DNA of 62,028 nt from an uncultured Gammaproteobacteria bacterium. GTDB lineage: Bacteria; Patescibacteriota; Patescibacteriia; Patescibacteriales; UBA12465. Both the position numbers and the translations under genes were made by a program. The stretch spans positions 1 through 62,028 of the forward strand of contig CAZILW010000002.1 of NCBI GenBank assembly GCA_964540285.1, given 5' to 3'. A model generated the notes under the pieces. The model searched no databases, was not told the DNA's origin, and saw only the letters and a program-made list of their open reading frames with translations. Positions 1 through 9,067 of this stretch are shown here, one piece after another (position 1 is the first letter of the stretch; every line of letters starts with the position of its first letter).

Positions 1-58
1 CAATGGAAAGATTGAGTGAGCTGGCGAGTGTAAACGTTTCGCTGCAATGCCACAACTA

Positions 59-87
59 TTGACAAAAGTATATCTATGTGATATACT
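59..87 (+). promoter_or_regulatory. near-consensus sigma-70-type promoter
   Basis: TTGACA at 59-64, 17-bp spacer, extended -10 TGaTATACT at 79-87. It lies ~115 nt upstream of the ORF starting at 205. Confidence 0.6.
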
Positions 88-128
88 TTTTTGTTATAGA
101 TAGAACTTTAACAAAAGGGTTAGACTCG

Positions 129-173
129 GGTTAATTATTAAGTTTATTATGCTAGTAAATTTAATAATTAACC
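129..173 (+). repeat. perfect 13-bp inverted repeat in the leader of ORF 205..510
   Basis: GGTTAATTATTAA (129-141) and its exact reverse complement TTAATAATTAACC (161-173), separated by 19 nt. Confidence 0.7.
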
Positions 174-204
174 TAATTGTTTAACTAAAAATAGGAGAAA
201 CAAA

Positions 205-510
205 ATGAAAACATTCGCAGTCTTACTTGCAGGTATAATTATTTTAGTTGCATTTTTAAGAATATTTTTAATAATAATTAATCCTTTAAGAAAAAGCAGA
301 TCCTTTGGCATTCTCTCTTCTTTGTCAATGTTATTTCCCGCTGTCATTCTTTCTCTCCCTGTGTTTGTAATAGAGGATGGGACGAGATTTTTTCAGGGAA
401 AAGCAGCTTTATTTTTTTTAGTTTTAATTTCTTTGTTGGTGACCTATTATCTTTTTGATTTAAGCCTAGAGTACAGAGAATATAGAGAGTACAAAAAAAA
501 TAAAAAATAA
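205..510 (+). CDS. hypothetical small membrane protein (101 aa)
   Basis: ORF preceded by AGGAG (193-197) 7 nt before the ATG. The product is strongly hydrophobic with about three helices. A terminator follows. Confidence 0.6.
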   Translation: MKTFAVLLAGIIILVAFLRIFLIIINPLRKSRSFGILSSLSMLFPAVILSLPVFVIEDGTRFFQGKAALFFLVLISLLVTYYLFDLSLEYREYREYKKNKK

Positions 511-529
511 TATACAAAAAGATTTGACC

Positions 530-557
530 CCGCATCTAAATAGGTGCGGTTTTTTTA
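530..557 (+). terminator. intrinsic terminator
   Basis: 8-bp stem CCGCATCT/AGGTGCGG (530-549) followed by a T-run (550-557). Confidence 0.7.
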
Positions 558-657
558 TTTAATTAAATATTCTGTTAAAAATTTTTTAAAGTTTTTATTA
601 ATTGACAAATAAAAAAAACAGCAATTTTTTAATCGCCGTTTTTTATTATACTTATAT

Positions 658-1644
658 CTATTTCGTAGTAAACTTCTTAATTGGTTTTTTAATATCAGTT
701 TTGTTTTTATATTTTATAGGCATAGAACAGAAAACTAGCAAACATCCATTTCTGTCTCTAATAACCTCTTTATTCCCTTTCACAGAGCTGTCTACAAAAA
801 CCTTATCTATTGTTTGCAGTTCAGTATCACCTGTTTCTTTTAGAATGTATTTAATAGAAGGATTTTTTTTGTCAGGAAAATAACTAACCATAATTTTTTC
901 ATTTTTGAAATTTTCTTCTTCCCATTTAAACTTTTCCGAAATTAATCTTCTATTAATTGTTTTAACAAATTCTTCTGGCACTTCATTTTTAAATTCATCA
1001 ATTAATTCGTTTACTTGTTTTTCGGTCATTTTTTGTCCATCGGCAAATTTAATTTCTTTTTTATCTAGCTTGCCATTTAAAGCTTCTTTAAACATGTTTA
1101 TTTCGAATTCAGAATACTCAGAAAGTTTTGCTTTTTCTTTTTCATATTCTTTTAAATCTTTTTCTTTTTTTTCCTTTATTTTTTTAGCTGAACCTAGTAA
1201 AATGTTTTTATTTTCGAAATCATTTTCTTCGCTTTGTTCTTCTTCGTATGTCTTTATAAAATTTTCTAAATTTTCTTGATTGCTAAAACTATCTAAAAAT
1301 TTTTGATTTTCTTTCTCTGTTTGCAAGTCGTCTTGTTCCCCGTAGAAATAAGAAGTATCATCAAACTTATCAGTTTTTTTACTTATTTCTTGGTTGGAGT
1401 ATAATTCTTCATGTTTTTTTTCAAATTTTTTGTATTGTCCAGAATATGAATAGTCCTTTTCATTTATCGGATCATAATTTATTTTTTTCTTGTCCAAAAT
1501 TTCTCCATTTGGGCCATATCCCATTTTTTTTAATTCTTTTTCTCTTTCTACTTTTTTTTCTTCCTCGCTAACAACTTTATCTATTTTCCCTGTGTTTTTA
1601 TCAATTTTTAGCCCCTGGGCTTTAAAAAAATCACCAATTTTCAT
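658..1644 (-). CDS. hypothetical Lys/Glu-rich protein (328 aa)
   Basis: Longest ORF in this region, served by a consensus promoter at 1682-1710. No family recognised; low-complexity charged composition. Confidence 0.6.
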   Translation of the reverse strand: MKIGDFFKAQGLKIDKNTGKIDKVVSEEEKKVEREKELKKMGYGPNGEILDKKKINYDPINEKDYSYSGQYKKFEKKHEELYSNQEISKKTDKFDDTSYFYGEQDDLQTEKENQKFLDSFSNQENLENFIKTYEEEQSEENDFENKNILLGSAKKIKEKKEKDLKEYEKEKAKLSEYSEFEINMFKEALNGKLDKKEIKFADGQKMTEKQVNELIDEFKNEVPEEFVKTINRRLISEKFKWEEENFKNEKIMVSYFPDKKNPSIKYILKETGDTELQTIDKVFVDSSVKGNKEVIRDRNGCLLVFCSMPIKYKNKTDIKKPIKKFTTK

Positions 1645-1681
1645 AATTTTAATATTAATTATTTAAATTTTACTATTATTT

Positions 1682-1710
1682 ATTATATCAAATTTTTACA
1701 TTTTTGTCAA
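1682..1710 (-). promoter_or_regulatory. consensus sigma-70-type promoter
   Basis: On the minus strand: TTGACA (1710-1705), 17-bp spacer, TGaTATAAT with the -10 hexamer at 1687-1682. Confidence 0.65.
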
Positions 1711-1755
1711 GTATTTTATATTCTAGTATTGACTTTTTTCTTTATAAGTGATTAA

Positions 1756-2178
1756 ATGTTTAGAAGTTCTTTTAAAAAAATGTTAAACCCAAATATCCTT
1801 GTTATGAAAACTTTAAAGATTGTTTTTTGCTTTGTATTGGTTTTTGCTTTGTTTTACGGAGCCAGATTTTTATCAGCAAATACTGAGATTCTGGGAACTA
1901 TCGAGAATAAGGTGGAAAATATTTATTTTTTTTCTTCTTTTCTTTCTTTGTGGATTATTTTAAGGGCCTTATCCCTTATGACTTTTAAAAAGGTATTACT
2001 TAAGGTTTATGCGGCGCTTTCATTTTTGTTTTTTTCCTGTGGCGTGGCTATAGCTCTGTTTTCGGAGTTGGGATATTACAATGGCCCAATGGCAGGAGAT
2101 CATTTGTTTTTTATTTTGCTTATTGCCTCGGGGATTGCCTTCCTGCTTGATTATTTCAGGATGGAATCTGAGGTTTAA
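1756..2178 (+). CDS. hypothetical integral membrane protein (140 aa)
   Basis: ORF with about four hydrophobic helices; no family recognised. Confidence 0.55.
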   Translation: MFRSSFKKMLNPNILVMKTLKIVFCFVLVFALFYGARFLSANTEILGTIENKVENIYFFSSFLSLWIILRALSLMTFKKVLLKVYAALSFLFFSCGVAIALFSELGYYNGPMAGDHLFFILLIASGIAFLLDYFRMESEV

Positions 2179-2199
2179 CTTTTTATTTTTTTATCTTTT

Positions 2200-2224
2200 A
2201 ACCCGAGCGTCAGTTCGGGTTTTT
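2200..2224 (+). terminator. intrinsic terminator overlapping the 3' end of convergent truB
   Basis: Stem AACCCGA/TCGGGTT (2200-2206 and 2215-2221) followed by a T-run. Confidence 0.55.
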
Positions 2225-2938
2225 AAATAAAAAATTTTGCCAGTTTTCTGAATTTAAATTTTCTATTTTAATAGCTTTTTTTAATTTATATTTACCAATT
2301 TCAATTCTTTTTAACTCTTGAAGATGTGCCCCACATTTTAATTTTTGACCCAAATCACTGGCGATTGTTCTAATATATGTTCCGCTGGAGCAGTGAATTT
2401 TAATTTTAACATTCGGCCAATTATATTTTGTTATTTTTATATAAAATATATTTATTTTTTGTGGTTTTCTCTTTATTTCTATATTTTTTCTAGCTAGTTC
2501 GTATAATTTTTTGCCATTTATTTTTTTAGCACTATACATCGGAGGCGTTTGGCTTTTTTTTCTGCTTATTTGCTCTAATGCTTTTTTTACTTTTTCTTTA
2601 GGAATTTTTTCTCCTTGGTATTCGAACTTTATTTGACCACAGCGATCATAGGTGTCGGTTGATTTTCCTAAAAACACATCAGCCTCATATTTTTTATCAA
2701 GTTTCAAAAATTTTTCTAAATGCTTGGTTGAGCTTCTGCTTATAGCCAAAATCATTAGGCCGGAAGCAAAGGGATCTAGTGTGCCAGCATGTCCAATTTT
2801 TTTAATCTTGGTTATTTTTCTTAGTTTATTTACTATAGTGTGAGAGGTGGGACCGCTATTTTTGTTTATTAAAATAAAGCCCGATTTTTGATCGGACTCA
2901 TTATTTATTATCATCTTCTGTTTGGGTGCTTGTGTCAT
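2210..2938 (-). CDS. truB: tRNA pseudouridine(55) synthase TruB
   Basis: Motif HAGTLDPFASGLMIL with the catalytic Asp, and TruB-typical length (242 aa). Confidence 0.9.
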   Translation of the reverse strand: MTQAPKQKMIINNESDQKSGFILINKNSGPTSHTIVNKLRKITKIKKIGHAGTLDPFASGLMILAISRSSTKHLEKFLKLDKKYEADVFLGKSTDTYDRCGQIKFEYQGEKIPKEKVKKALEQISRKKSQTPPMYSAKKINGKKLYELARKNIEIKRKPQKINIFYIKITKYNWPNVKIKIHCSSGTYIRTIASDLGQKLKCGAHLQELKRIEIGKYKLKKAIKIENLNSENWQNFLFKNPN

Positions 2939-3653
2939 TTTTTTTCTGATAACTTATTTTTATGTCGTATAAAAGTTTTTTTAATTTGTATGGTTCTCTG
3001 ACGTGATATAAAATTGCCTCATAACCATCGCTTCCGGCGGTACTAATTGACAGAGTTCCGCTTTTAATTATTCTTTCTAAAAGTGATTGGCTTACCCCAA
3101 TGTCTGTTATTTGATTATAATATATTGTTTTAACAGATGTTTCTAGCCAACCTCTTTTGACAATTATTCTTTGGTCGGTAAAAACAAACTCATTTGATAT
3201 TTTTAAATAAAAAACATTATAAAATATTATAATTGGGGTTATTATTAAGAAAAAAATAGTAGCTAATATCAACCAAATACTTACAATCCACTGGCTGACC
3301 TCTTCGACGCTTATAATATTTAAATAATTGGATAAATTATTGGAAAAGTTTTTTTGCCCAAGAATATCTTCATAAGAAGATGTTTCTTGAGCGGTGTTTA
3401 TAATTTTTTTGCTCTCAGGTATAGCTATTAGCTGGGCCTGGTCTAAAAAGAAAAGACCGGCTGATATAGCTAAAAAAATAGTTAGCCACTTTAACAAAAG
3501 GGCAACTATTTGTATTTTTATATAGCGATTGCAAATAGAGAAATATTTTAATATTTTTTCTTCATCACCGAAGCTGTGTTTTAGAATGCGACTCATCATA
3601 TAAAAACATAATAACAAAATTTTTAAAAAAAATAAAATTATGTTAAAATCCAT
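2901..3653 (-). CDS. membrane protein with bacterial PH (bPH/YdbS-YdbT-like) domain
   Basis: N-terminal TM helices followed by FVFTDQRIIVKRGWLETSVKTIYYNQITDIGVSQSLLERIIKSGTLSIST, typical of bPH domains. Overlaps the truB start. Confidence 0.6.
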   Translation of the reverse strand: MDFNIILFFLKILLLCFYMMSRILKHSFGDEEKILKYFSICNRYIKIQIVALLLKWLTIFLAISAGLFFLDQAQLIAIPESKKIINTAQETSSYEDILGQKNFSNNLSNYLNIISVEEVSQWIVSIWLILATIFFLIITPIIIFYNVFYLKISNEFVFTDQRIIVKRGWLETSVKTIYYNQITDIGVSQSLLERIIKSGTLSISTAGSDGYEAILYHVREPYKLKKLLYDIKISYQKKNDTSTQTEDDNK

Positions 3654-3679
3654 TAAAATAAAAATAGTATATATAATTT

Positions 3680-5371
3680 ATGAAACAAGAAAAAAAGAAA
3701 GGCAAATATAAAATAGCTTACTTTAGCATGGAAATAGCTTTGGAAAATGATATTAAAACTTATGCTGGCGGACTTGGTATTTTGGCGGGAGATACTTTAA
3801 GGTCAGCTGCTGATTTGGGGTTGCCAATGCTGGGAGTTACTCTTTTAAATAATTTGGGATATTTTAAGCAAAAAATAGGTAAAAACGGACAAGAAGAATT
3901 AAAGTCAAACTATAATTTATCTAAATTAAAAAAGTTGCCAAATAAAGTTAAAATTAAGATTGGCAAAGATGAGGTTTCAGTTGGTGTTTGGGAATATTTA
4001 ATTGTTGGGCATGGTCAATATCCTGTGCCTGTTTATCTCTTAGACACTAATACTTCTACTAATTTACCTAAATATGCTAGTTTGACTGGTCAGCTTTATG
4101 GACCCGGAAAGGATTATCGACTGATGCAAGAAATTGTTTTGGGCAGAGCTGGGGTTAAAATTTTAAATTCTTTGGGTCATAAATATTTAAGAAAATTTCA
4201 CATTAATGAAGGTCATGGAAGTTTGGCTGCAGTTGAATTATTTCTTAATTCTAAAGAAAAAAAATCTGAAGATAGGATTAGAGATGTTAGAAGAAAATGT
4301 GTTTTTACAACACACACTCCAGTTGATGCTGGTCATGATGTTTTTCCTTTGGACTTTTTTTTAGAGTATCAAAAAGATTTTCCTTATAAATTGAAAAATT
4401 TAGTTGACAAGAAAACAGTTAACATGACAAAAATTGGTTTATTTTTTAGTAACTTTATAAATGGAGTGGCCTTAAGTCATCAAAAAGTTTCTAATAAAAT
4501 GTTTCCTGAGTATCCTATCCACGCTATTACTAATGGAGTTCACTCTGAGACCTGGACTTCTCCCGATTTTCAAAAGATATATGATAAATATATTCCTAAT
4601 TGGAGGAACTCTAATTTGTCTCTAAGAAATGTTTTTAATATTCCTTTGTCAGTTATTTGGCAGGCTCATCAAAAATCAAAAAAAAGATTAATAGACTATA
4701 TTTATAAGAAGCAAAAAACTAAATTAGATCTCAATGTTTTTACTATTGGCTTTGCTAGAAGATTTACCGGATATAAAAGGTCTAATTTGCTTTTTCAAGA
4801 CATAAAAAGACTTTTAAACATTCATCGCAATGTTGGTCAAATTCAAATAATTTATGCTGGTAAAGCCCACCCCAACGATGTTGATGGAAAAAAATTAATT
4901 AAAAATATATTAAATTTAAAAGAAGAGTATAAAAATGAAATTAAAATTATTTTCTTGGAGGGCTATGAAATGAAATTAGCCAAACTAATGATTGCTGGCG
5001 TTGATGTTTGGCTTAACACCCCCCTTCCTCCTAACGAAGCTTCTGGAACTAGTGGCATGAAAGCTGCTCATAATGGAGTTCCTCATTTTAGCACTCTCGA
5101 CGGTTGGTGGTTGGAGGGATATATTAAAGATAAGACAGGATGGGCTATTGGAGAAAAAAGAAAAAAATTTAATTCTTTTGAATTAAACAAAAAGGACGCT
5201 GAAAGCTTATATTACAATTTAGAAAATAAAATATTACCACGTTACTATGGTTTGCCTAAAAAATGGCAAGAGACAATGCAGAACACAATTGCTATTAATG
5301 CATCTTATTTTAATACTGAAAGAATGCTTCAGCAATATATTCAAGAAAATTATTTTGTTAGTGAAAATTAA
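3680..5371 (+). CDS. glgP: alpha-glucan (glycogen/maltodextrin) phosphorylase, GT35 family
   Basis: YFSMEIAL...YAGGLGILAGD at the N-terminus and the EASGTSGMKAAHNGV pyridoxal-phosphate Lys motif. Confidence 0.9.
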   Translation: MKQEKKKGKYKIAYFSMEIALENDIKTYAGGLGILAGDTLRSAADLGLPMLGVTLLNNLGYFKQKIGKNGQEELKSNYNLSKLKKLPNKVKIKIGKDEVSVGVWEYLIVGHGQYPVPVYLLDTNTSTNLPKYASLTGQLYGPGKDYRLMQEIVLGRAGVKILNSLGHKYLRKFHINEGHGSLAAVELFLNSKEKKSEDRIRDVRRKCVFTTHTPVDAGHDVFPLDFFLEYQKDFPYKLKNLVDKKTVNMTKIGLFFSNFINGVALSHQKVSNKMFPEYPIHAITNGVHSETWTSPDFQKIYDKYIPNWRNSNLSLRNVFNIPLSVIWQAHQKSKKRLIDYIYKKQKTKLDLNVFTIGFARRFTGYKRSNLLFQDIKRLLNIHRNVGQIQIIYAGKAHPNDVDGKKLIKNILNLKEEYKNEIKIIFLEGYEMKLAKLMIAGVDVWLNTPLPPNEASGTSGMKAAHNGVPHFSTLDGWWLEGYIKDKTGWAIGEKRKKFNSFELNKKDAESLYYNLENKILPRYYGLPKKWQETMQNTIAINASYFNTERMLQQYIQENYFVSEN

Positions 5372-5394
5372 AAATTACTTAATTTAAATAAAAT

Positions 5395-8121
5395 ATGGAA
5401 ACAAAAAAAAGAGAAAGAAAGTTTGATTGGCATTCGCTAGAAATAAATAGTGTTTTTAAAGAACTAAATTCTTCTGAGGCAGGGTTAGACTCTCAAGAGG
5501 TTTATAATAGACAAAAAGAATTTGGTTTAAATGCTCTTCCCACTAAAAAAGCTCCGAGTATTTTTTCTATATTTTTTCACCAATTTTTAAATCCACTTAT
5601 TTATATACTTATAGTAGCTGGAGTTATCTCTATTTTAATTGCTTTAAAAGATGAGCATCATGGTTTTACAGACGCCTTCTTTATTTTTGGAGCTATCTTT
5701 TTTAATGCCTTGGTTGGAACTTGGCAGGAAAATAAGGCAGAAAAAAGTGCTGCTGCTTTACAGAATTTTTTAAAAATTAAAGCCAGGGTTAGAAGACATG
5801 GAATAGAAAAAGATATTAGTGCTGATGATTTGGTTGTTGGTGATGTTGTTTATTTAGAATCGGGAACAAAAGTCCCAGCTGATTTAAGATTGTTTTATGC
5901 TAAAAATTTATTAATTGATGAATCTTTTTTAACTGGAGAGTCGGAGGCAGTTGAAAAAAATATTGAAAAAGTTAAAAAAACTACAGAACTTAACAAAAGA
6001 AGTAGTATGGCTTATGCTGGTTCTTCTGTTAGTGCTGGCCGCGCTTGGGGCGTTGTGGTAGAAACAGGTTTAAACACTGAGGTTGGTCAAATAGCTCATA
6101 TTATTTCTTCTTCTCAAAAAACAAAACCACCATTAATTATTAGAATGGAAAGTTTCACTAAAAAAGTTTCTTTTGTTATTTTATTTTTATGTTTATTGTT
6201 GGCTGTTATAGCAATTTTAAAAGGAATGAACTCTAAAGAAGTTTTTTTCTTGGTGGTTGCCTTGGCAGTTTCTTCTATACCAGAAGGGCTTCCAGTGGCC
6301 TTAACAGTGGCTCTTTCAGTGGCCACAACCAGAATGTCAAAGAGAAATGTTGTTGTTAGAAAATTAACAGCCGTTGAGGGCCTTGGGTCTTGTACAACAA
6401 TTGCTAGTGATAAAACTGGAACATTAACTGTCAATCAGCAAACAGCTAAATTAATTTATTTATTTTCAGGAGAAAAGATAGAAATAAGCGGACAAGGATA
6501 TAATGGTGTCGGTTCTTTGGCTAATTATGAAAACCTTAATTTAGAATCTAAGGAGGGAGTGAGTGAGCTTGTTAAAAATTCTATTTTAGCTAATGAAGGA
6601 AAACTTTGGAGATCAAAAAAAATTTGGCATAGTCAAGGAGATTCAATGGATGTGGCTTTTTTGGCAATGGCTTATAAAGCTGGATTTGATGTTAAAGAAA
6701 TTAATAATTCAGTTGAACATCTTTTGGATATTCCTTATGAATCAGAAAATAAATATTCAGCTAAAATTTATAAGGATAATGGTTCAAATTCGATTAAAGT
6801 TGCTATCAAGGGATCGGTTGATACTATTTTAAATTTTTGTTCAAAAAGAGGCTTAGAAAATCAAGAGATTAATAAAGAGGAAATAAAAAAAGAAGCCGAA
6901 AAATTAGCTTCTTCGGGTTATCGAGTTTTGGCGGTGGCTTATGGTGATTTTGATTTTAATGAAAGTGATAAAGAAAAATTTGATAATCGAAAATTAAAAA
7001 ATTTAAATTTTTTATCACTAGTTTGTTTTATTGATCCTTTAAGACATGATTCTAAAGAGGCGGTTGAAAAATGTAAAAAAGCTGGCATAAAAGTTATTAT
7101 GATCACTGGTGATCATCCAGCCACAGCTTTATTTATTTCAAAAGAATTGGGAATAGCTTATTCTGAAAAAGATGTGATTAGCGGAGCGGAGTTAGGAAGT
7201 GAAGAGACAGAAATCACTCCTCAGTTTTTGGAAAAAGTTGCCACTAAAAGTGTTTTTGCTGGAGTTTCTCCACTTCAGAAATTAAAAATAGTTAAAGCTT
7301 TAGTTAAAGAGGGTCATTTTGTAGCTGTAACTGGAGATGGTGTTAATGACGCTCCCGCACTTAAACAAGCTAATATTGGAATAGCTATGGGCTCAGGAAC
7401 AGATGTGGCCAAGGAAACATCAACCATGATTGTTTCTGATGACAACTTTTCATCGATAGTTAACGGAGTTGAAGAGGGTCGATTTGCTTATGATAATATT
7501 CGTAAAGTGGTTTATTTTTTAATTTCTAGTGGTGCGGCTGAAATATTAATATTTATTTTAGCAATTATTTTTAATCTTCCTTTGCCTTTGTTTGCGGCTC
7601 AATTATTATGGTTAAATATTGTAACTAATGGAATACAAGATATGGCTTTATCTTTTGAGGCTGGAGAAGATGGGGCCATGAAAAGACCACCACGATCCCC
7701 TAGGGAAGGAATTTTTAATAAACTAATGACTCAGCAAACAATAGTTTCCGGAGTAGCAATTGGTTTGGTCAGCTTTATTGTTTGGTGGTATTTAATTAAA
7801 ATAATGGTTTGGGAGGAGTCTCATGCTAGAAACTTTCTTTTGATGTTGATGGTTTTATTTCAAAATGTTCACGTTTTAAATTGCAGATCAGAGCTTATAT
7901 CAACCTTTAAAATTGCAATTAAAAAGAATTTAGTTGTCTTTTTTGGAATTTTAAGTGCTCAAGCTTTACACATTTTTGCACTTTATAATCCTTTTCTTCG
8001 CAAAGCTCTTCAAACCAGTCCTATTCCCTTTAAGGAGTGGTTTTATTTATTATTAATCGCTTCTTCAGTTTTGATTGTAATGGAAGTGTTTAAAATAATT
8101 AAAAGAAAAAGTAAAATTTAA
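5395..8121 (+). CDS. cation-transporting P-type ATPase (P2, Ca2+/Mg2+-type)
   Basis: DKTGTLT phosphorylation motif, TGES, TGDGVNDAPALK hinge, about 10 TM segments, 908 aa. Confidence 0.9.
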   Translation: METKKRERKFDWHSLEINSVFKELNSSEAGLDSQEVYNRQKEFGLNALPTKKAPSIFSIFFHQFLNPLIYILIVAGVISILIALKDEHHGFTDAFFIFGAIFFNALVGTWQENKAEKSAAALQNFLKIKARVRRHGIEKDISADDLVVGDVVYLESGTKVPADLRLFYAKNLLIDESFLTGESEAVEKNIEKVKKTTELNKRSSMAYAGSSVSAGRAWGVVVETGLNTEVGQIAHIISSSQKTKPPLIIRMESFTKKVSFVILFLCLLLAVIAILKGMNSKEVFFLVVALAVSSIPEGLPVALTVALSVATTRMSKRNVVVRKLTAVEGLGSCTTIASDKTGTLTVNQQTAKLIYLFSGEKIEISGQGYNGVGSLANYENLNLESKEGVSELVKNSILANEGKLWRSKKIWHSQGDSMDVAFLAMAYKAGFDVKEINNSVEHLLDIPYESENKYSAKIYKDNGSNSIKVAIKGSVDTILNFCSKRGLENQEINKEEIKKEAEKLASSGYRVLAVAYGDFDFNESDKEKFDNRKLKNLNFLSLVCFIDPLRHDSKEAVEKCKKAGIKVIMITGDHPATALFISKELGIAYSEKDVISGAELGSEETEITPQFLEKVATKSVFAGVSPLQKLKIVKALVKEGHFVAVTGDGVNDAPALKQANIGIAMGSGTDVAKETSTMIVSDDNFSSIVNGVEEGRFAYDNIRKVVYFLISSGAAEILIFILAIIFNLPLPLFAAQLLWLNIVTNGIQDMALSFEAGEDGAMKRPPRSPREGIFNKLMTQQTIVSGVAIGLVSFIVWWYLIKIMVWEESHARNFLLMLMVLFQNVHVLNCRSELISTFKIAIKKNLVVFFGILSAQALHIFALYNPFLRKALQTSPIPFKEWFYLLLIASSVLIVMEVFKIIKRKSKI

Positions 8122-8126
8122 TTTGA

Positions 8127-8621
8127 ATGAAAATTTTAAAACATAAAATGAATAATAAAAAATTTTTTTTATTTTTTATTCTTTCGTTCTTAATTTTTTT
8201 ATTTTTTTTACTTTTTATTTTTACATCTGTGGATAAGATTGAGTTTAATGACGGAGATATTGTAAAGGCAAAAATCGGAGGACAAGAAATTTTTGTTGAA
8301 TTAGCTGTTTCTTCAAGTAAACAATATTTGGGATTAAGCCATAGAGAAAGCATTCCTAAGGACTACGGAATGCTTTTTTTGTTTCCAGAAAAAGGAGTTA
8401 AAAGTTTTGTTATGAGAGACATGAATTTTAATTTAGACATTGTTTTTATTGATGAAAATAAGATAATTGAGATTTACAAAAACCTTCCTTTTGATAAAAA
8501 TAAACAAGAAATTTTATATAATTCTTCGATTGCGGTTAATCAGGTTTTAGAACTTAATGGTGGATTTTGTGATGAACATAAAATACTACCTGGAGATGAT
8601 TTTTTGCTTGACATAAAATAA
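8127..8621 (+). CDS. DUF192 domain protein
   Basis: N-terminal TM/signal segment followed by the DUF192-like pattern LGLSHRESIPKDYGMLFLFP...FVMRDMNFNLDIVFID. Confidence 0.65.
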   Translation: MKILKHKMNNKKFFLFFILSFLIFLFFLLFIFTSVDKIEFNDGDIVKAKIGGQEIFVELAVSSSKQYLGLSHRESIPKDYGMLFLFPEKGVKSFVMRDMNFNLDIVFIDENKIIEIYKNLPFDKNKQEILYNSSIAVNQVLELNGGFCDEHKILPGDDFLLDIK

Positions 8622-8628
8622 TTTTTTA

Positions 8629-8657
8629 TTGTTGTTTTATTTTTTTTATGTTATAAT
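8629..8657 (+). promoter_or_regulatory. candidate promoter with extended -10
   Basis: TTGTTG (8629-8634), 17-bp spacer, TGtTATAAT (8649-8657), upstream of ORF 8732. Confidence 0.5.
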
Positions 8658-8731
8658 TATATTAGATTTAATTTAAGTTATATAGGAATTGGTCGGTTCC
8701 TATTCTAAACAATAAATAATTTTTCAAAATT

Positions 8732-8944
8732 ATGAAAAAAGTTGCAAAGAAACCAGTGGCTAAAAAGAAAGTTGCAAAAAAGGTTGTAAAGAAAACTGTA
8801 AAAAAAGTTGTAAAGAAAGTTGCAAAGAAACCAGTGGCTAAAAAGAAAGTTGCAAAGAAAGTTGCAAAGAAAGTTGCAAAGAAAGTTGCAAAAAAACCAG
8901 TGGCTAAAAAGAAAGTTGCAAAGAAAGTTGCAAAAAAGAAATAG
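8732..8944 (+). CDS. histone H1-like lysine-rich repeat protein (70 aa)
   Basis: Almost entirely KKVA / KKPVAKKKVAKK repeats, resembling bacterial Hc1/H1-like nucleoid proteins. Own promoter and terminator. Confidence 0.7.
   Translation: MKKVAKKPVAKKKVAKKVVKKTVKKVVKKVAKKPVAKKKVAKKVAKKVAKKVAKKPVAKKKVAKKVAKKK
8741..8938 (+). repeat. coding tandem repeat (12-nt unit AAGAAAGTTGCA; ~36-nt super-unit x3)
   Basis: GTTGCAAAGAAACCAGTGGCTAAAAAGAAAGTTGCA recurs starting near 8741, 8819 and 8885, with runs of the 12-nt unit between copies. Confidence 0.85.
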
Positions 8945-8959
8945 TTTTTTTTAAAGAAC

Positions 8960-8994
8960 AGAGGCGCCTCCCGAAAAGAGCGCTTTTGTTTTTT
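8960..8994 (+). terminator. probable intrinsic terminator
   Basis: Stem AGAGGCGC/GCGCTTTT (with G-U pairs) followed by GTTTTTT. Confidence 0.45.
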
Positions 8995-9067
8995 AAAAAA
9001 AGACAATTTGATTTTGTTTATTAAAATGTCTATAATGAATTAGTTATTTTCTGACGTTAGTATTTTT

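Noticed and set aside
1-58. Relatively GC-rich first 58 nt as the end of an RNA gene or CDS
   Set aside because: It is too short to classify. Stops occur in all three forward frames within 62 nt and no recognisable RNA motif is seen.
602-1279. Plus-strand ORFs 602..883 and 905..1279
   Set aside because: Both lie antisense inside the longer 658..1644 minus-strand ORF, which has a consensus promoter. Their low-complexity Ser/Phe/Leu composition is typical of shadow frames in AT-rich DNA. The same reasoning applies to other tracked antisense ORFs inside clear genes, for example 344..535, 2652..2843, 6114..6434, 6593..6832, 9040..9411, 9759..10004, 10048..10362, 11887..12255, 12356..12604, 13265..13465, 17435..17668, 24985..25266, 26143..26394, 28588..28875, 40754..40990, 42077..42268, 51889..52140, 56810..57040, 58098..58328, 60640..60873 and 61055..61291.
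8741-8938. Possible CRISPR-like or satellite repeat array
   Set aside because: The period is 12 nt with no unique spacers, the array is fully in frame within a coding ORF, and no cas genes are present.
8668-9006. 112-aa minus-strand ORF with striking FFATFF repeats
   Set aside because: It is the antisense shadow of the KKVA-repeat gene (8732..8944). It spans that gene's promoter and terminator and has no start context of its own.
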